Shown here: piece after piece, positions 58,276 to 61,290 of the stretch
Numbering within the stretch: the first letter of the stretch is position 1
Layout: the number at the start of each line of letters is the position of its first letter
DNA from: an uncultured Bdellovibrionales bacterium
GTDB taxonomy: Bacteria > Patescibacteriota > Minisyncoccia > Moranbacterales > UBA1568
DNA length: 61,290 nt
Direction: 5' to 3'
Assembly: GCA_964624415.1 (NCBI GenBank)
Contig: CAZUWR010000004.1
Location: 1-61,290, forward strand
The notes under the pieces: model-generated
The model's input: the letters and a program-made list of their open reading frames with translations, nothing else
Told to the model about the DNA's origin: nothing
Databases searched by the model: none
Position numbers and translations under genes: made by a program

Positions 58276-58713
58276 TCAGCTTTCTCTAAGCTCTACATGG
58301 AGCGCTGCAAGGCCACTATTCACATCGCGAATAAAAAATATCAACCCGAGTATGAGACATACCAGAGATACGACGAAACAAACGATATAGAGCCAAGCCA
58401 TCTCGAAACCGAACAATGCGGCTATAAAAAGCGAAATAATAAGAACCGATGACGCCAGAGCACTTCCTATCGTATACACGATTGAGCGTCGAATCAATTC
58501 CGCACGGCGATAAATAATCTTGACCTCGGAATCGATTTTTTCCTTCAGTTTTCCGGATGCAGTGGCGCTTTCTCGAGAGAGAGACCGTGCACGATCGATA
58601 CTGTGCGCTATACGATTATTAAGTGTCAACAGAAGCAATCCCACTGCAGAAATGAGAATTACCGGGCTTACAGCAAGCTGCAAAACAGGGGTTATGGCGC
58701 TTGTGGTTATCAT
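58276..58713 (-). CDS. DUF2721-like membrane protein
   Basis: 145 aa. AITPVLQLAVSPVILISAVGLLLLTLNNRIAHSIDRARSL then a coiled segment and two C-terminal TM helices, which is the DUF2721 pattern. Confidence 0.6.
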   Translation of the reverse strand: MITTSAITPVLQLAVSPVILISAVGLLLLTLNNRIAHSIDRARSLSRESATASGKLKEKIDSEVKIIYRRAELIRRSIVYTIGSALASSVLIISLFIAALFGFEMAWLYIVCFVVSLVCLILGLIFFIRDVNSGLAALHVELRES

Positions 58714-58778
58714 AAGGCTGTATCATTAACCATTTACACTCTTAGTATATACCCCTCACAACCATTTTCATACCACCA

Positions 58779-60059
58779 TCACAAGCTCGTTTCATTGTTA
58801 CACAAATCCTCCAAATAGAAATGCTCGATACCGAAAAGCTGTTTCAAGGCAATCATCTTTTCGAGACTTTCCGAAGCATCTTTTTTGGCAGCCTGTTTGA
58901 CCCCGACAATCATCACATTCTTGTGCGTGTGCTCATCGGTGATAAATTCGAAAATCCTGGTTTTGTAGCCATGCGCTTCCAAAATAAGCCCTCGCAGCGT
59001 ATCCGTCACTATCTCCGCCTGTCGCTCTTCCAAAATACCGTGAGAGACGATACTACCGAGTGCATCACCCACATGCAATTCTTTGCGAATCTGACGATGG
59101 CAGCACGGCGCCGTAATAATAATCTCGGCACCGGAGGTGATGCCCTGATAGATCGCGTCATCGGTCGCAGTATCACAGGCATGCAGGGCAATCAATATGT
59201 CCATCGCGCTTTTTGGGAAACTCGCAATATCTCCCTGATGGAAATGTAGATGCTTGAAACCGCATTTCTGTGCAATGCCCTCGCACATTACCACCAACTC
59301 CTCGCGCATCTCAACGCCCGTTACCCGTGCATCCTTCTTGAGCGTGTTGGTCAGATAGTCATACAGAGCAAAGGTCAGATAACCCTTGCCCGATCCCATA
59401 TCCACCACCTCGATTTTTTCCCTCTCTTTCAATCCGGAAGATGCGAGCAGCGTATCGATGGTTTCGATATACCGATTGATCTGACGGAACTTGCTGCGCA
59501 TATTGTACGACAACTGCCCACCCTCGATCACCACGCCCAAATCCTGAAGGTACTGATTGTTGTCGATGCTGATAAATCGTTCCTTGCGAGCATCGTGCTC
59601 AATCGAAGACGGCAGCGCGCAAGTCGGCTTGCTGTAGCGGATATTGGATTTCCTTTTCCGATTGAAGCTCAAACGCATATCCTTTTGCATCGTAAACAGC
59701 ACCGCATTGGAAAATACCAGCCCAAGCACAACCGCAAGTTCTGCCAGAGCTTCTTTGAGCGAGTAATTCTTGGTGATGTGTTTGGTCGGATACTTGTATA
59801 CAAACGAAAGTTTCTTCTCCTCGCGTATTTCCACCGCCCGCACCACGATTCGCTGCACGACCTCCTCGTCGCTTGATACCGGTTTGCCGATGGTGAGCTT
59901 GATAAACACACCCGTCTCGAAAGATAGCCTCAATTCCTCGATAAACTTCGTCGTGTATGCATCCATAGCTCTGTTGATAGTGTATAAAAAATGGGATTCC
60001 CTTGATTGTTCATTCTCCTCTTTTCCAGCTCGAAAGTCAAGAAATATCACCCGATTCAC
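58779..60059 (-). CDS. class I SAM-dependent methyltransferase (Methyltransf_32-like)
   Basis: Motif I VVDMGSGKGYLTFALY, then ILIALHACDTATDDAI. A likely true start is Met32 at 59966, preceded on the minus strand by TTGACT-17-GAGAAT, giving 395 aa. Confidence 0.72.
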   Translation of the reverse strand: MNRVIFLDFRAGKEENEQSRESHFLYTINRAMDAYTTKFIEELRLSFETGVFIKLTIGKPVSSDEEVVQRIVVRAVEIREEKKLSFVYKYPTKHITKNYSLKEALAELAVVLGLVFSNAVLFTMQKDMRLSFNRKRKSNIRYSKPTCALPSSIEHDARKERFISIDNNQYLQDLGVVIEGGQLSYNMRSKFRQINRYIETIDTLLASSGLKEREKIEVVDMGSGKGYLTFALYDYLTNTLKKDARVTGVEMREELVVMCEGIAQKCGFKHLHFHQGDIASFPKSAMDILIALHACDTATDDAIYQGITSGAEIIITAPCCHRQIRKELHVGDALGSIVSHGILEERQAEIVTDTLRGLILEAHGYKTRIFEFITDEHTHKNVMIVGVKQAAKKDASESLEKMIALKQLFGIEHFYLEDLCNNETSL

Positions 60060-60069
60060 AAGCCATTTC

Positions 60070-60098
60070 TTGACTTTTTACACAATCAGTGCCATAAT
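60070..60098 (+). promoter_or_regulatory. sigma70-like promoter of the small Cys-containing ORF
   Basis: TTGACT (60070-60075)-17 nt-CATAAT (60093-60098). Confidence 0.5.
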
Positions 60099-60177
60099 AG
60101 CGCCATGTGACCCTTGCTCAAAGAGTTTTGCGCCACACAAACAACTTTTTCAACACAAGGCACAAAGGGGGCTCCAC

Positions 60178-60420
60178 ATGAACAATTCTGTTCCCAGCGG
60201 AGCTTCTCAAGCTTCGCAAGTATCCAACTGCCTATATCATCGACGTATGGAGACAACGTCGATCGGCATGGCAATACCATTATCATTCGATATTTGTCGT
60301 GACTGGTGTGGTGTGAAAAAAAGTAACTGCCCATACCATATCAATTACACAGGAACGAAAAATATCGACCTGTGTGATTTCTCTGAATTATTCGAATCAT
60401 TCGGATATTCAGAAGAATAA
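60178..60420 (+). CDS. hypothetical 80-aa protein with five Cys
   Basis: This is the tail of track ORF 59770..60420. The ATG at 60178 is preceded by AAAGGGGG 6 nt upstream, with its own promoter upstream and terminator downstream. MNNSVPSGASQASQVSNCLYHRRMETTSIGMAIPLSFDICRDWCGVKKSNCPYHINYTGTKNIDLCDFSELFESFGYSEE. No family recognised. Confidence 0.45.
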   Translation: MNNSVPSGASQASQVSNCLYHRRMETTSIGMAIPLSFDICRDWCGVKKSNCPYHINYTGTKNIDLCDFSELFESFGYSEE

Positions 60421-60421
60421 G

Positions 60422-60454
60422 TGACCAGACTATCCGTGATAGACTGGTCATTTT
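60422..60454 (+). terminator. rho-independent terminator of the 80-aa ORF
   Basis: TGACCAGACTA (60422-60432) / TAGACTGGTCA (60440-60450), one central mismatch, followed by TTTT. It starts 2 nt after the stop. Confidence 0.65.
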
Positions 60455-60555
60455 CATGTCGCCATGCCACAAAACTGCTTGATGCGAATCAATAAAGCGC
60501 ACAATAGTGTATACTGAAAACACTATGAACTCATAATTCATTTTTCATCACCCCT

Positions 60556-60702
60556 ATGTTCGATCAATTCGACAAAGAATTCTTCAAGGAAGTCCCCTCG
60601 AAAGTCTGGACTATTCTCGCACTCGCCCTGGTCAATGTCATCCTTCTCGGAGGCGTCGCCTGGTTCGCCACTCAGGAGGTTTACACACGGCTGGTGGGAT
60701 AA
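60556..60702 (+). CDS. hypothetical 48-aa single-TM peptide
   Basis: Below the ORF-track size cutoff. MFDQFDKEFFKEVPSKVWTILALALVNVILLGGVAWFATQEVYTRLVG. It is followed within 10 nt by a strong terminator, and its codon and GC style match the host genes. Confidence 0.35.
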   Translation: MFDQFDKEFFKEVPSKVWTILALALVNVILLGGVAWFATQEVYTRLVG

Positions 60703-60712
60703 AAGCAAGGTC

Positions 60713-60749
60713 AAAAAAACACGGGCTCATTTTGAGTCCGTGTTTTTTT
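60713..60749. terminator. bidirectional rho-independent terminator
   Basis: AAAAAAACACGGGCTC-ATTTT-GAGTCCGTGTTTTTTT. It serves the plus-strand small ORF and possibly the convergent 60853..61236 gene. Confidence 0.8.
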
Positions 60750-60852
60750 ATGACTACAAACATTATCATTTTTGAGCTTTTAAACGCCATTGATGGATTT
60801 GTTATGGACATTGTCCGTATAACAAATTCGAATGCACAAATTAGACTTTCTA

Positions 60853-61236
60853 CTATCCTTTTTTGTAATATTCTAAAGCTGTATAAATTGCCGTAACGAT
60901 CGTAGCAACACTCACTAAAAACCCAACAACTACTGGCCAATTCCGAAATAACCCGATTTTAAGTTCATTTCTTCCTGTAGGTGAAAGGAAAAATGATCTT
61001 CCTTGAATTTCCCTTCCTTCAATAAAGTTTTCCTTGTTTCCAGATGTCGTTTGAATCCATCCATCACGATACAACTCCACAAGCACATTAACAATATTTT
61101 GTGTACCACAACCTTTAAGCTTCCATTCTTGAGGTATGCATTTCTCAATCTCAGAGGAATCCGTGTAAGGTTTTTCGTAAGTTAATTCAGAAATTATCTT
61201 CAAAACTTTTCTTTTATCTGGATTAAAATATGTCAT
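60853..61236 (-). CDS. hypothetical protein with C-terminal TM helix, in an AT-rich segment
   Basis: 127 aa. The N-terminal ~60 aa may be winged-helix-like (KVLKIISELTYEKPYTDSSEIEKCIP...NIVNVLVELYRDGWI). C-terminal helix WPVVVGFLVSVATIVTAIYTAL. Composition clearly differs from the rest of the window. Confidence 0.5.
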   Translation of the reverse strand: MTYFNPDKRKVLKIISELTYEKPYTDSSEIEKCIPQEWKLKGCGTQNIVNVLVELYRDGWIQTTSGNKENFIEGREIQGRSFFLSPTGRNELKIGLFRNWPVVVGFLVSVATIVTAIYTALEYYKKG

Positions 61237-61290
61237 AAAATATAAATTATATTAAAATCCGAAAAGCTTTACTAGAGCACCCGAATCTAG

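Noticed and set aside
59770-60177. Upstream 136 codons of track ORF 59770..60420 (216 aa)
   Set aside because: It overlaps the methyltransferase gene antisense and crosses a promoter-like element. Only the last 80 codons, with their own RBS-like tract, look like a gene.

Overview
This 61.3-kb window is a housekeeping chromosomal segment, about 50 protein genes, almost all on the minus strand. The organism looks like a small-genome bacterium. Gene content and style (orphan substrate-binding protein, scattered pilB/comF/dprA, groEL without groES, little Shine-Dalgarno signal) fit a CPR/Parcubacteria-like lineage, but that is only inference.

Recognisable genes:
- Replication, recombination and division: gyrB (truncated at the left edge), recA, a RodZ-like protein, ftsK, dprA, topA.
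- Translation and RNA: efp, rpsF-ssb-rpsR, ychF, RNase J, one tRNA-Leu(CAG).
- Envelope: a coiled-coil lytic transglycosylase, murD, a CAP-domain protein, a GT2 glycosyltransferase, a CDP-alcohol phosphatidyltransferase.
- Carbon metabolism: gap-fba-tpiA-galT, pyk, a PMM/PGM, manC plus a SIS protein, zwf, malic enzyme.
- Proteostasis and secretion: groEL (sigma70-like promoter plus CIRCE), clpC, an HtrA-like protease, secG, pilB, comF.
- Others: SulP/STAS transporter, trxB, a D-aminoacylase-like amidohydrolase, an orphan ABC substrate-binding protein, an MGMT-like protein, TspO, DUF2721, a SAM methyltransferase.

I found no rRNA, CRISPR array, transposase, integrase or recognisable defence or toxin system.

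The most unusual signal is non-coding:
- Two intergenic regions, just upstream of efp and of ychF, carry homologous ~155-nt extended hairpins. Their 37-nt apex is identical, the stems show compensatory changes, and the G:U pattern points to a minus-strand RNA.
- At least six other intercistronic regions carry long (80-165 nt) hairpins, some ending within 6-50 nt of the downstream start codon.
- The tRNA-Leu gene is bracketed by what look like two halves of a second type-II tRNA.
- Two adjacent genes share a duplicated signal-anchor module, with an AT-rich cassette attached to one of them.
- A free-standing Cys-containing 80-aa ORF has its own promoter and terminator.
- An rpsF leader contains a terminator-like hairpin.

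All family assignments come from motifs read by eye. No database search was run.
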